This document shows, in pieces, positions 1 to 7,551 of a stretch of 64,000 nt of DNA. This DNA is from Microgenomates group bacterium. Lineage in GTDB: Bacteria > Patescibacteriota > Microgenomatia > PFEM01 > JBNASD01. The stretch covers positions 164,733-228,732 of the forward strand of contig JBNASD010000001.1 in assembly GCA_049720225.1 (NCBI GenBank), in the 5' to 3' direction. Below the pieces are notes generated by a model that saw only the letters and a list, made by a program, of their open reading frames with translations, was not told the DNA's origin and searched no databases. Positions within the stretch are counted from its first letter, which is position 1; every line of letters starts with the position of its first letter. Made by a program: the position numbers and the translations under genes.

Positions 1-477
1 TTCTGATACTGCAATTATTTTGGTTGCAAAATTGCTTGCTAGCCTATATAAAAATTTAACTTCATTTGCAGGTTTAAACATAAAAAATGGACCATGTTCA
101 ATCCAAATTATTTTAAACCCAAGTATTTTTAAAATAGGAGTAAGAATTATTTTTTCTGTAGCAGACTGCAAACAAATAATTCTAATTTTTTTCTTTTTAT
201 AAAAAATTAAAATAGTTTTAATATATAAAAAAAGATATTTTGGTAAACCAAAAAATAATTTTATTAAATCTCTTCTTGTTCCTATTTCTTTTGAAAATAA
301 TGATAATACTTTTACCTCTACCTTTAAGTTTTTTATTCTTCCAGAAAATTTAGGAAGCGTAGTAATAAAAAATAATTTATATCTTTTAAAATATTTTTTA
401 AACGCTTGAATTAAATTCAAATTGTAAATTTCAGCTCCACCAATATTTTTAGCAGGTCGAATTAACAAAATCTTCAT
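1..477 (-). CDS. Glycosyltransferase family 4, N-terminal part (runs off window)
   Basis: Read manually: ATG at 477 overlaps the wzx TGA (ATGA). MKILLIRPAKNIGGAEIYNLNL...IWIEHG...KIIAVSE is open to base 1 and has the GT-B GGAE and IAVS motifs. Confidence 0.85.
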   Translation of the reverse strand, partial: MKILLIRPAKNIGGAEIYNLNLIQAFKKYFKRYKLFFITTLPKFSGRIKNLKVEVKVLSLFSKEIGTRRDLIKLFFGLPKYLFLYIKTILIFYKKKKIRIICLQSATEKIILTPILKILGFKIIWIEHGPFFMFKPANEVKFLYRLASNFATKIIAVSE

Positions 478-1685
478 TTTTTTACTACAAGATAAAAAGT
501 TAAAAGATATAATTCTGAAATTAAAACATTAATACTAGCAGCAAAATAACCATAATAACGGATAAAAATTATATTTAGAATTACATTTATTAACAAAGTA
601 ATACTCATTCCTAATATAGGTATCGTTGTGTTTTCTTTAGCTAAAAATAAATAAGAAAAAAGATTATTTAAATAGAATAACGGAATACTAAGAAGTAGAA
701 TCCTTAATATTAAAATGCTTTCGTAAAACTTTTCTCCTCCTAATATTTTAATTACAAGAGAGGAAAAAATAAAACCAAAAAAAATAATTATCAAAGAAAA
801 ACCTAAAGCAATATAAATTGAATTTCGAAAAAGATTTTGAAGTTTTTTCTTGTTTCCAACGAAGTTAGTCAAAAGTGGATAAATTGTGGCCATATAAAAC
901 CCCCATAAAACTAAAATATTTTCCAAAATTTTATATGCAAGACTATAAATTCCTACCTCACTTGGACCTCGATAAATAGAAAGAATTATTGTATCTACCT
1001 TAAAATATAAAAGAGAAAGAATACTTAAAAAACCAACAGGAAAAGCTTTAATAAGTAATTTTTTTCCTAAATTAAAATCAAAAATTAATTTTTCTTTTAT
1101 AAATTTTTTAAGAAAAAAAATTATTAAAATACTGCCTGCTAAATTACCAATTAAAACTGTATTAACAATGCTGTAAAAACCAAACTTTAAAAATACAAAG
1201 ATTACAATAAAAATTGTGGTTACTACTTTTGTAATTACATCTACTAAAGCAACTAAATCTAACCTCAAATTAGCTTGAAAAATCACGGTTCCATAAGTAT
1301 TTAAAACTCCAATTGCCGAACCTATACAGGCCAGAATTATTCCGATTTTTAAAAATTTAGAATAAGGAAAAAATAAAAGACAAAAAATCGCTAATAAAGT
1401 AGAAAATAAAACCAAAAATAACTTAATCCAAAAATAAGTACCATAAATCTCTTTGGGAAATTTTTTAGAGGCTATCTCTCTTACCATCGTTAATTGTAAT
1501 CCCCAATCAGCAATAATTCCGAAAATAGAAAAATATGCAAAAGCCAAACTAAAATTTCCAAACCCTTCTTGACCAAGATAACGAGTTAAAATACTAACAG
1601 AAAGAAAACTTAAAAAAGTAGTAATTATCTTCCCCAAAATTTGAACTGCGGAATTATAGCCAATTTTATAAAAAATATTTTTCAT
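474..1685 (-). CDS. wzx: Wzx-type oligosaccharide flippase
   Basis: Multi-TM protein with RYLGQEGFG and VGIYSLAYK motifs of polysaccharide exporters. Confidence 0.85.
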   Translation of the reverse strand: MKNIFYKIGYNSAVQILGKIITTFLSFLSVSILTRYLGQEGFGNFSLAFAYFSIFGIIADWGLQLTMVREIASKKFPKEIYGTYFWIKLFLVLFSTLLAIFCLLFFPYSKFLKIGIILACIGSAIGVLNTYGTVIFQANLRLDLVALVDVITKVVTTIFIVIFVFLKFGFYSIVNTVLIGNLAGSILIIFFLKKFIKEKLIFDFNLGKKLLIKAFPVGFLSILSLLYFKVDTIILSIYRGPSEVGIYSLAYKILENILVLWGFYMATIYPLLTNFVGNKKKLQNLFRNSIYIALGFSLIIIFFGFIFSSLVIKILGGEKFYESILILRILLLSIPLFYLNNLFSYLFLAKENTTIPILGMSITLLINVILNIIFIRYYGYFAASINVLISELYLLTFYLVVKK

Positions 1686-1692
1686 TTAGCTA

Positions 1693-1701
1693 ATTTTATC
1701 A
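1693..1701 (-). promoter_or_regulatory. Extended -10 promoter (TGaTAAAAT), 7 nt before wzx ATG
   Basis: Consensus match; spacing implies a leaderless transcript. Confidence 0.55.
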
Positions 1702-1763
1702 TTTTAAATCTTTTTTCCTATTGACAAAAATAAAAAAAATAAAATAAATTAAAAATAAAGAAA

Positions 1764-4640
1764 ATGAAAAAGTCTATCCTAAATAATGTAGGAAGATTTT
1801 TTCTTTTATTATTTACTTTTTTTCTTTTCTTAATTTCCTCAAAATCTGTTTCTGCTCTTTGGAATAAATATCCAAGCAATCCAATTTTTTCGGGAACGCC
1901 AGGAGGATGGGATAGCAGAGATACATCTTGCCCATATATAATTTTTAATGGAAATACCTACAAAATGTGGTATTCGGGAAATAATGGCAGTGGTTGGAGA
2001 ATAGGATATGCTACTTCATTAAATGGATTAATGTGGTATAAAGTAAATTATCCTGTAATAGATATATTTTCCCCTAATAATTGGGAAAAAGATACGGGAC
2101 ATTCTTTTGTTTTATACGAAGAAAATTTATATAAAATGTGGTACTCTTCAATTAGTTATTCATGGATTAGCGGCGAAGATCGGTATCGCCTTCGATATGC
2201 TACTTCTTTTGACGGAATAAATTGGGATGAAAAAGATTGGGTTTTAACTGGAAGTAAAGATAAATGGGATGCTGGCGGAATAAATAGAGGGCATTCTATT
2301 TTAAAAATAAACGGAATTTATCATCTATGGTATACAGGGACTGATGCCGGAACTAATTGGAGAATAGGATACGCAACATCTTTAGATGGAATCAGTTGGA
2401 CTAAGCAAAATAATTGTAATCCTGTGATTACTAAAACAGAAACGTGGGAATATAATAATGTAAGTTATCCTCACGTAATTTATAATAATGGGGTTTATGA
2501 AATGTGGTATGCTACTGGGGCAGGTGATTTACCAACAAGAATTGTTTATGCCTACTCTCTTGATGGAATACATTGGATTAAACCTGCAGATAAAAATCCG
2601 GTTTTAGAGGTAGGTCCATACGGATCTTGGGATAGTGTTAATATTAGTTCCCCTTTTGTCTTAAAAGAAGGTAATAAATATAAAATGTGGTATGATGGTT
2701 ATGATGGTAAACAGTGGCGAATTGGATATGCAGAAAGTATTGATGAAATAAATCCCACTCCTACTTTAAAACCTACACCTACTCCCACTTTTACTCCAAC
2801 TCCAACCCCCACCCCCACCCCTCTCCCCCCTCTTATTTTTCTTCCCGGATTAGGAGGGTCGTGGAATTTTGAAAGCTTAGTTTTGGGGATTGAAAAACCA
2901 TATAAAGAATGGGTAATTACACCTGGCCCAGGAGAAAAAGTCTATTATGGCTTTTTAAAAACCCTTAAAAATGCTGGTTATAATGATAACGGTCCTCAAA
3001 AAAACCTTTTTATCTTTACCTACAATTGGACCAAAAAGGTTTCTCAGATTGCCGAAGATCTTAAAGAGTTTATTCAAAATACCGTTAAACCTAAACCTGG
3101 GCAAAAAATTATTCTTGTCGGTCATAGTTTAGGGGGTTTAACCGCCAGAACTTATGTCCAAAACAATCCCCAAAATCAAGTTACCACCCTCCTTACTTTA
3201 GGTTCTCCCCACAAAGGAGCTGTTCAAGTATATTATGCCTGGGCAGGTGGTGATCTTCGCTTTATGAATATTTTAGAAAGAATTGCCGTTGGTTTACTTC
3301 TTCAAATTCGTCGTTCTGGTTTTAATACCGATAAAGAAACGGTTCAAAATATCGCTCCTGTTTTAAAAGATTTACTTCCAACTTTTAATTATTTAAAACA
3401 AAACAACCAAGAAATTCCATATCTTCAAATGATTGAAAAAAACGATTGGCTTGATAACCTTAATAACAATCCTCCCTCCAATCTTTTTTCTGGTTTTACT
3501 ACTCTTTTATCAAATATAGAAAATAGCACTCCCCGTTGGTTATTAGTAGAACCACGAAATTGGTTAGATAAAATTTTAAATCTTTGGTCCGATGGTAAAC
3601 CAGTAGGTGATCCAATTTTAGATACCGGCGATAGAACTGTTCTTTCTTTAAGCGCTCAACTTTCTGGTGCTCAACTAGTTGAACTTCAGGGTTTAGGTCA
3701 TCGAGAAATTGTCCAAACTCAAACTGGCCAAGAAAAAATTATGGAAATTTTAAACCTTAAACCCACTCCTTATTCTGTTTCTGAAGACATTTCTGAGCCA
3801 ATTTTAGTTTTTCTTATTGCTTCTCCGGCTACTTTAGAAATTTTTGACACTAAGGGAAACTCTGTTGGAGAAGGCGATGGAAAATTAATGTTTGTTTTTA
3901 ATCCCCAAGAAGGAAATTATCAGATTAAAATTACCGGTACCGGTAATGGACCTTATCAGCTCTATGTAGGCCAACTAACTAAAAACGGTGACATTTGGAG
4001 CGAAATTTCTGGCAAAATTAATCAGGGAGAAATCCAAATTAGAGAAGTTAATTTTCAACCCAATTCTCCCTTACCTTATCCTTTTGTTGATAATACTGGT
4101 GAAATTTCTTTACAATCTACAATCCAAAAAATTTTAGAAACAAAAGAATTTATTAACAATAATCTTCTCTCTCCTAAAATAAAGAAAAAATTAATTAGTT
4201 CTTTAAACGAAATTCTGGAATTAATCTCTCAAAAAAATTATCACCAAGCAATTACTACTTCTTATGAACTTCATCTTTATCTTGGCCGACTTTCTAAACA
4301 AAAAATTGTTCCTTCCTCAATCGTTATCTTTCTTAAAAATAAAATCATAGAAATTATTAACGATTTAGAAAAAGTTTATATTAAAAATCAGTCTTCCCCT
4401 TATTCCGATAAAAAATTAAAAACAGAAATTAAAATTGCCGAAAATCTCTCCCTTCAAATGGAGAAAAAACTTAAAAAATTTTCCCAAGCTACTTCTGAAG
4501 ATGGAGCTTTATATCTTTTAGCCAAAGAAAAACTTAATATTGCTAAAAATTCTTCTTCCCATCAAGCACATATTAATGCTTTAGGGGTAAAATATTTATC
4601 TTTAGAGGGAATTATTCTTTTTAACTCAGGAAATAATTAA
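1764..4640 (+). CDS. Secreted multidomain protein: five-bladed beta-propeller (GH32/43/130-like), Pro-Thr linker, alpha/beta hydrolase (lipase/LCAT-like), C-terminal domains
   Basis: Signal peptide; five repeats of YKMWY.G...WRIGYA.S.DG..W; (PT)n linker; FLPGLGGS, GHSLGG nucleophile elbow, GSPHKG, GDRTV, LGH. Confidence 0.8.
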   Translation: MKKSILNNVGRFFLLLFTFFLFLISSKSVSALWNKYPSNPIFSGTPGGWDSRDTSCPYIIFNGNTYKMWYSGNNGSGWRIGYATSLNGLMWYKVNYPVIDIFSPNNWEKDTGHSFVLYEENLYKMWYSSISYSWISGEDRYRLRYATSFDGINWDEKDWVLTGSKDKWDAGGINRGHSILKINGIYHLWYTGTDAGTNWRIGYATSLDGISWTKQNNCNPVITKTETWEYNNVSYPHVIYNNGVYEMWYATGAGDLPTRIVYAYSLDGIHWIKPADKNPVLEVGPYGSWDSVNISSPFVLKEGNKYKMWYDGYDGKQWRIGYAESIDEINPTPTLKPTPTPTFTPTPTPTPTPLPPLIFLPGLGGSWNFESLVLGIEKPYKEWVITPGPGEKVYYGFLKTLKNAGYNDNGPQKNLFIFTYNWTKKVSQIAEDLKEFIQNTVKPKPGQKIILVGHSLGGLTARTYVQNNPQNQVTTLLTLGSPHKGAVQVYYAWAGGDLRFMNILERIAVGLLLQIRRSGFNTDKETVQNIAPVLKDLLPTFNYLKQNNQEIPYLQMIEKNDWLDNLNNNPPSNLFSGFTTLLSNIENSTPRWLLVEPRNWLDKILNLWSDGKPVGDPILDTGDRTVLSLSAQLSGAQLVELQGLGHREIVQTQTGQEKIMEILNLKPTPYSVSEDISEPILVFLIASPATLEIFDTKGNSVGEGDGKLMFVFNPQEGNYQIKITGTGNGPYQLYVGQLTKNGDIWSEISGKINQGEIQIREVNFQPNSPLPYPFVDNTGEISLQSTIQKILETKEFINNNLLSPKIKKKLISSLNEILELISQKNYHQAITTSYELHLYLGRLSKQKIVPSSIVIFLKNKIIEIINDLEKVYIKNQSSPYSDKKLKTEIKIAENLSLQMEKKLKKFSQATSEDGALYLLAKEKLNIAKNSSSHQAHINALGVKYLSLEGIILFNSGNN

Positions 4641-5590
4641 TGAAAATTCTTAAAATTCGTGAACTTTTTATTGACGCTATCCGAAGTTTTTTTAAATCTC
4701 AAGGTTTTACCGAGGTAGATACTCCTTTATTGGTAACCGCCCCCGACCCTTCTCCTTTTAATGAAGTTTTTGAGGTTCATTCAATTACCGGCCAAAAATT
4801 TTATCTTACTCCTTCTCCCGAATTTTTTATGAAAAAACTTTTAGCTAATAATTCAGGTAATATTTTTCAAATTTGTAAAGCTTTTCGTGACGGCCAAATC
4901 GGTCCTCTTCACAACCCTGAATTTACCATTCTTGAGTGGTACCGTATAAATGCCAATTATTACGATATTATGGTTGATTGCGAAAATTTAATTGATTATT
5001 TAATAAAAAAACTCTCTCCATTTAAAATCTTAAATTTAAAATTTAAAATTATTCATCCTTGGCCAAGAATTTCTATTAAAGAAGCCTTTCAAAAATATGC
5101 CAAGATTGATTTAGATGAATTTCTTGATTTAAATTATGCTCGCCAAATTTGCCAGCAACACGGCTATCAAGTAAATAAAACCGATACGTGGGAACAACTT
5201 TATCACCAAATTTTTTTAAACGAAATTGAACCAAAACTTCCTTCTGGTACCCCATTAATTTTATATGACTATCCTGCACCATTAGCGGCCTTGGCTCGCC
5301 TTAAAAAAGACAACCCTAATTATGCGGAAAGGTTTGAATTCTATTTAAATGGGATTGAAATAGGTAACGGTTATAGCGAACTTAATGATTCTTCCGAACA
5401 ACGAAAAAGATTAATCAATGACCTTAAAATAAGAAAAAAATTGGGGATGCGTCTTTTTCCTCTTGACGAAGAGTTTGTTAAAGCAGTAGGTAAAATGCCA
5501 CCAACCGGAGGAATTGCGGTGGGAGTTGATCGATTAATGATGACTCTTATTGGGAAGAAAAAAATTGATCCCACCTTCCCTTTTAATTAA
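4640..5590 (+). CDS. epmA: EF-P lysine aminoacylase EpmA (GenX/PoxA)
   Basis: LysRS-like catalytic domain without an anticodon domain: SPEFFMKKLL, HNPEFTILEWY, ERFEF, GIAVGVDRL; adjacent to efp. Confidence 0.9.
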   Translation: MKILKIRELFIDAIRSFFKSQGFTEVDTPLLVTAPDPSPFNEVFEVHSITGQKFYLTPSPEFFMKKLLANNSGNIFQICKAFRDGQIGPLHNPEFTILEWYRINANYYDIMVDCENLIDYLIKKLSPFKILNLKFKIIHPWPRISIKEAFQKYAKIDLDEFLDLNYARQICQQHGYQVNKTDTWEQLYHQIFLNEIEPKLPSGTPLILYDYPAPLAALARLKKDNPNYAERFEFYLNGIEIGNGYSELNDSSEQRKRLINDLKIRKKLGMRLFPLDEEFVKAVGKMPPTGGIAVGVDRLMMTLIGKKKIDPTFPFN

Positions 5591-5648
5591 AATCAAAAAT
5601 TGACATTTTTTGCCAGGTGTCCAAAATTGTCAATTAATTAATTTTTTA

Positions 5649-5677
5649 TTGTCTATTTTTATTTTTTATGATAGAAT
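5649..5677 (+). promoter_or_regulatory. Sigma70 promoter for efp (TTGTCT-17-TAGAAT with TG extension)
   Basis: The -10 box ends 7 nt before ATG 5685. Confidence 0.65.
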
Positions 5678-5684
5678 TTCTCCT

Positions 5685-6242
5685 ATGATCGAAAGTGGAC
5701 AACTCAAAAAAGGAATGTGTATTCTTTTTCGAGGAGAACCTCATTTGGTAATTGATAAAACCTTTGTTTCCCCCGGAAAAGGCTCGGCCTTTACTCGGGC
5801 TAAATTAAGAAATATCAAAACCGGCGCGGTTTTAGAATTTACCTTTAAATCAGGAGAAAAAATTGAAGAAGCAGAAGTTAATACCTTAGAATTTCAATAT
5901 CTTTACCAGCAAGGAGAGGAGTATTTTTTTATGAATCCGCGAAATTTTGAGCAAATTTCTCTCTCTCAAGATCTTATTGGCAATTTTTACCATTTTTTAA
6001 AAGAAGGAGAAACTTATAAAATTATGCTTTTTGAAAATCAGCCAATTACTCTTATTCCCCCTTTAAAAGTAAAGCTTAAAGTAATCGAAACCGAAGCAGG
6101 AGCAAAAGGCAATACCGTTACCGGTGCTACCAAACCAGCAAAAACGGAAACTGGTTATATCGTTCAAGTTCCTTTATTTATTAAAGAAGGAGATACAATT
6201 ATTGTTAATACCGAAACTGGAGAATATGTAAGTAGAATATAA
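5685..6242 (+). CDS. efp: Elongation factor P
   Basis: SPGKGSAF loop, KPAKTETG, VPLFI, GEYVSR. True start is ATG 5685, not TTG 5610. Confidence 0.95.
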   Translation: MIESGQLKKGMCILFRGEPHLVIDKTFVSPGKGSAFTRAKLRNIKTGAVLEFTFKSGEKIEEAEVNTLEFQYLYQQGEEYFFMNPRNFEQISLSQDLIGNFYHFLKEGETYKIMLFENQPITLIPPLKVKLKVIETEAGAKGNTVTGATKPAKTETGYIVQVPLFIKEGDTIIVNTETGEYVSRI

Positions 6243-6246
6243 AAAA

Positions 6247-6762
6247 ATGTTTTCCCCTGAAACCAAAGAAACTCCACCCTCAAAGACTCTAACTCTTGCT
6301 TACCAAAATACTTCTTTAAACATTAAAATAGAAACCAAAAAATCAACCCCTGAACAAGAAAAAAAGCCAAAATTACCTCAAGTAAAAGATGTTGTTATTT
6401 TTCCTCTTCCTTCTAAAAGGGATTTATCTCCAAAAGTTGGATTAGTGGTGGTAAATCAAGTAGATGATCCATATTTTTTTGGTTGGTTATTTGAAATTTC
6501 TCTTCCATCTGGTCAATCTTTTGAAAATTTTATTGCCGAAATTAGAAAATTCCCAACAACCTCTCTTGAATTAACCAATTCATATGAATCAGGAACATTA
6601 AATATACGAAATTTACCTGATTTAATTATTTTAGGTCAATTTGCGGGAGTAGATGATAAAAAAAAATTAGAAGAAATAATCAAGAGAACCAAATTAGAAG
6701 GATTACCAAAAGAATTATCAGAAAAAATAATGGAAAAAATATTAGGCTCTTATTTTTCTTAA
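6247..6762 (+). CDS. Hypothetical protein
   Basis: 171-aa ORF 4 nt after efp; no recognised motif. Confidence 0.65.
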   Translation: MFSPETKETPPSKTLTLAYQNTSLNIKIETKKSTPEQEKKPKLPQVKDVVIFPLPSKRDLSPKVGLVVVNQVDDPYFFGWLFEISLPSGQSFENFIAEIRKFPTTSLELTNSYESGTLNIRNLPDLIILGQFAGVDDKKKLEEIIKRTKLEGLPKELSEKIMEKILGSYFS

Positions 6763-6766
6763 ATTG

Positions 6767-7105
6767 CTAAATTTTTTCTCTATTAGCTAAATAATCTCTT
6801 GCGGCTTTTAAGAATTCTTGCTTTTTTTCTTCTTTTCTTTGAGGAGGGGGTACATTTTTTGACTCTAAGATTCCTATAACTAATTCTTTTACTCCTTTTA
6901 CTTCCCTTAAAGGTAAACCTGCCAAAATAGAAATAACGGGTACCGCTAGAAAAACTAATTTTTGAGGAATTCCATTTTTAATTAACCATTCGGAAAGTTT
7001 TAAAATATCTTCAATTTTTTCTCCTCTCCACTCTTCTACTCTCCTTAAGGCCAAAGGTAAGGGAATATCTCCCGAAGGTCCAAAATTTTTTCTTTCTATT
7101 TTCAT
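6767..7105 (-). CDS. Hypothetical protein
   Basis: 112-aa ORF with genome-typical composition; no recognised motif. Confidence 0.65.
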   Translation of the reverse strand: MKIERKNFGPSGDIPLPLALRRVEEWRGEKIEDILKLSEWLIKNGIPQKLVFLAVPVISILAGLPLREVKGVKELVIGILESKNVPPPQRKEEKKQEFLKAARDYLANREKI

Positions 7106-7136
7106 AATAAAAAATAAATAATAAAAAAGAAAATTG

Positions 7137-7232
7137 GCCTGGAGAAGAGATTAAGAAGGAGGATCAAGTTGGTTGATCGTGATGAGAACGCCGTTGTTCT
7201 CATCTCCTTCTTTAAAGCTCTCTTCCCCAGGC
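7137..7232 (-). ncRNA. Structured RNA element (three-way junction) followed by a U-rich tract; possible terminator or switch
   Basis: GCCTGGGGAAGAGA/TCTCTTCTCCAGGC (14 bp, one G-U), AAGAAGGAG/CTCCTTCTT, ATGAGAAC/GTTCTCAT and GATCAA/TTGATC helices. Confidence 0.65.
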
Positions 7233-7234
7233 TC

Positions 7235-7405
7235 GCCGCCGGCCCATTAGGAAGTTTTACTTCTTCTCGCCCGTGCCCTTACAGGCGGGGCACACTTTCC
7301 CGTTTCGGGTTACGCCACCACTGCAGTGTGGACACTGAGTAGGAAGCTTCTGGTCATCGCCGTTTCTTCCCATATGTCTGCCTCCTTGGTTGGCGGGCCG
7401 GCGGC
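7235..7405. repeat. 11-bp perfect GC-only inverted repeat enclosing a small ORF
   Basis: gccgccggccc at 7235-7245 and gggccggcggc at 7395-7405. Confidence 0.9.
7257..7373 (-). CDS. 38-aa Zn-ribbon microprotein (CxxC...CxxCxGxG)
   Basis: MGRNGDDQKLPTQCPHCSGGVTRNGKVCPACKGTGEKK; perfect SD AAGGAGG 7 nt upstream of the ATG. Confidence 0.75.
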   Translation of the reverse strand: MGRNGDDQKLPTQCPHCSGGVTRNGKVCPACKGTGEKK

Positions 7406-7408
7406 TAG

Positions 7409-7482
7409 TGGCCGATGAGGGATTCGAACCCCCGACCTCTCGCATGTGAAGCGAGCGCTCTAACCAACTGAGCCAATCGGCC
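7409..7482 (-). tRNA. tRNA-Val (anticodon CAC), CCA not encoded
   Basis: GGCCGAT/ATCGGCC acceptor stem, D arm GCTCAGTTGGTTAGAGC, anticodon arm CTCGC-TTCACAT-GCGAG, T loop GTTCGAATC. Confidence 0.95.
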
Positions 7483-7494
7483 AGGATAAAAAGT

Positions 7495-7503
7495 ATCTTA
7501 TCA
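7495..7503 (-). promoter_or_regulatory. Extended -10 (TGaTAAGAT) for tRNA-Val
   Basis: Lies 12 nt upstream of the tRNA 5' end. Confidence 0.5.
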
Positions 7504-7513
7504 AATTTTCCTC

Positions 7514-7542
7514 TTGAAAATCAATATTTTATCTCTTAGAAT
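7514..7542 (+). promoter_or_regulatory. Sigma70 promoter for lepB (TTGAAA-17-TAGAAT)
   Basis: Consensus spacing; ends 9 nt before the ATG; divergent from the tRNA promoter. Confidence 0.6.
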
Positions 7543-7551
7543 TAAATCATT

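Noticed and set aside
2752-2830. C-rich tandem repeat as CRISPR or DNA-level element
   Set aside because: It encodes the Pro-Thr linker and has no repeat-spacer structure.
5610-5684. N-terminal extension of EF-P, and similar track extensions on ileS, ftsW, rsmH, DUF4012 and GT4 genes
   Set aside because: These are upstream alternative starts running through promoters or neighbouring genes; homology begins at the later start.
7169-7342. Plus-strand 57-aa ORF with AAGGAGG 6 nt before a TTG
   Set aside because: The SD is the complement of the minus-strand anti-SD arm; no promoter or protein motif seen; G-U pairing favours the minus strand.
7137-7405. tmRNA, SRP, RNase P or 6S identity for the GC-rich island
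   Set aside because: No tRNA-like ends, SRP helix-8 motif, GAGGAAAGUCC or rod with central bubble seen; an Rfam search is still needed.
7257-7445. 62-aa ORF from the track starting at 7445
   Set aside because: That ATG lies in the tRNA anticodon arm; the SD-supported start is 7373.
6247-7482. Integrated element at tRNA-Val
   Set aside because: No integrase and no duplicated tRNA 3' end found.
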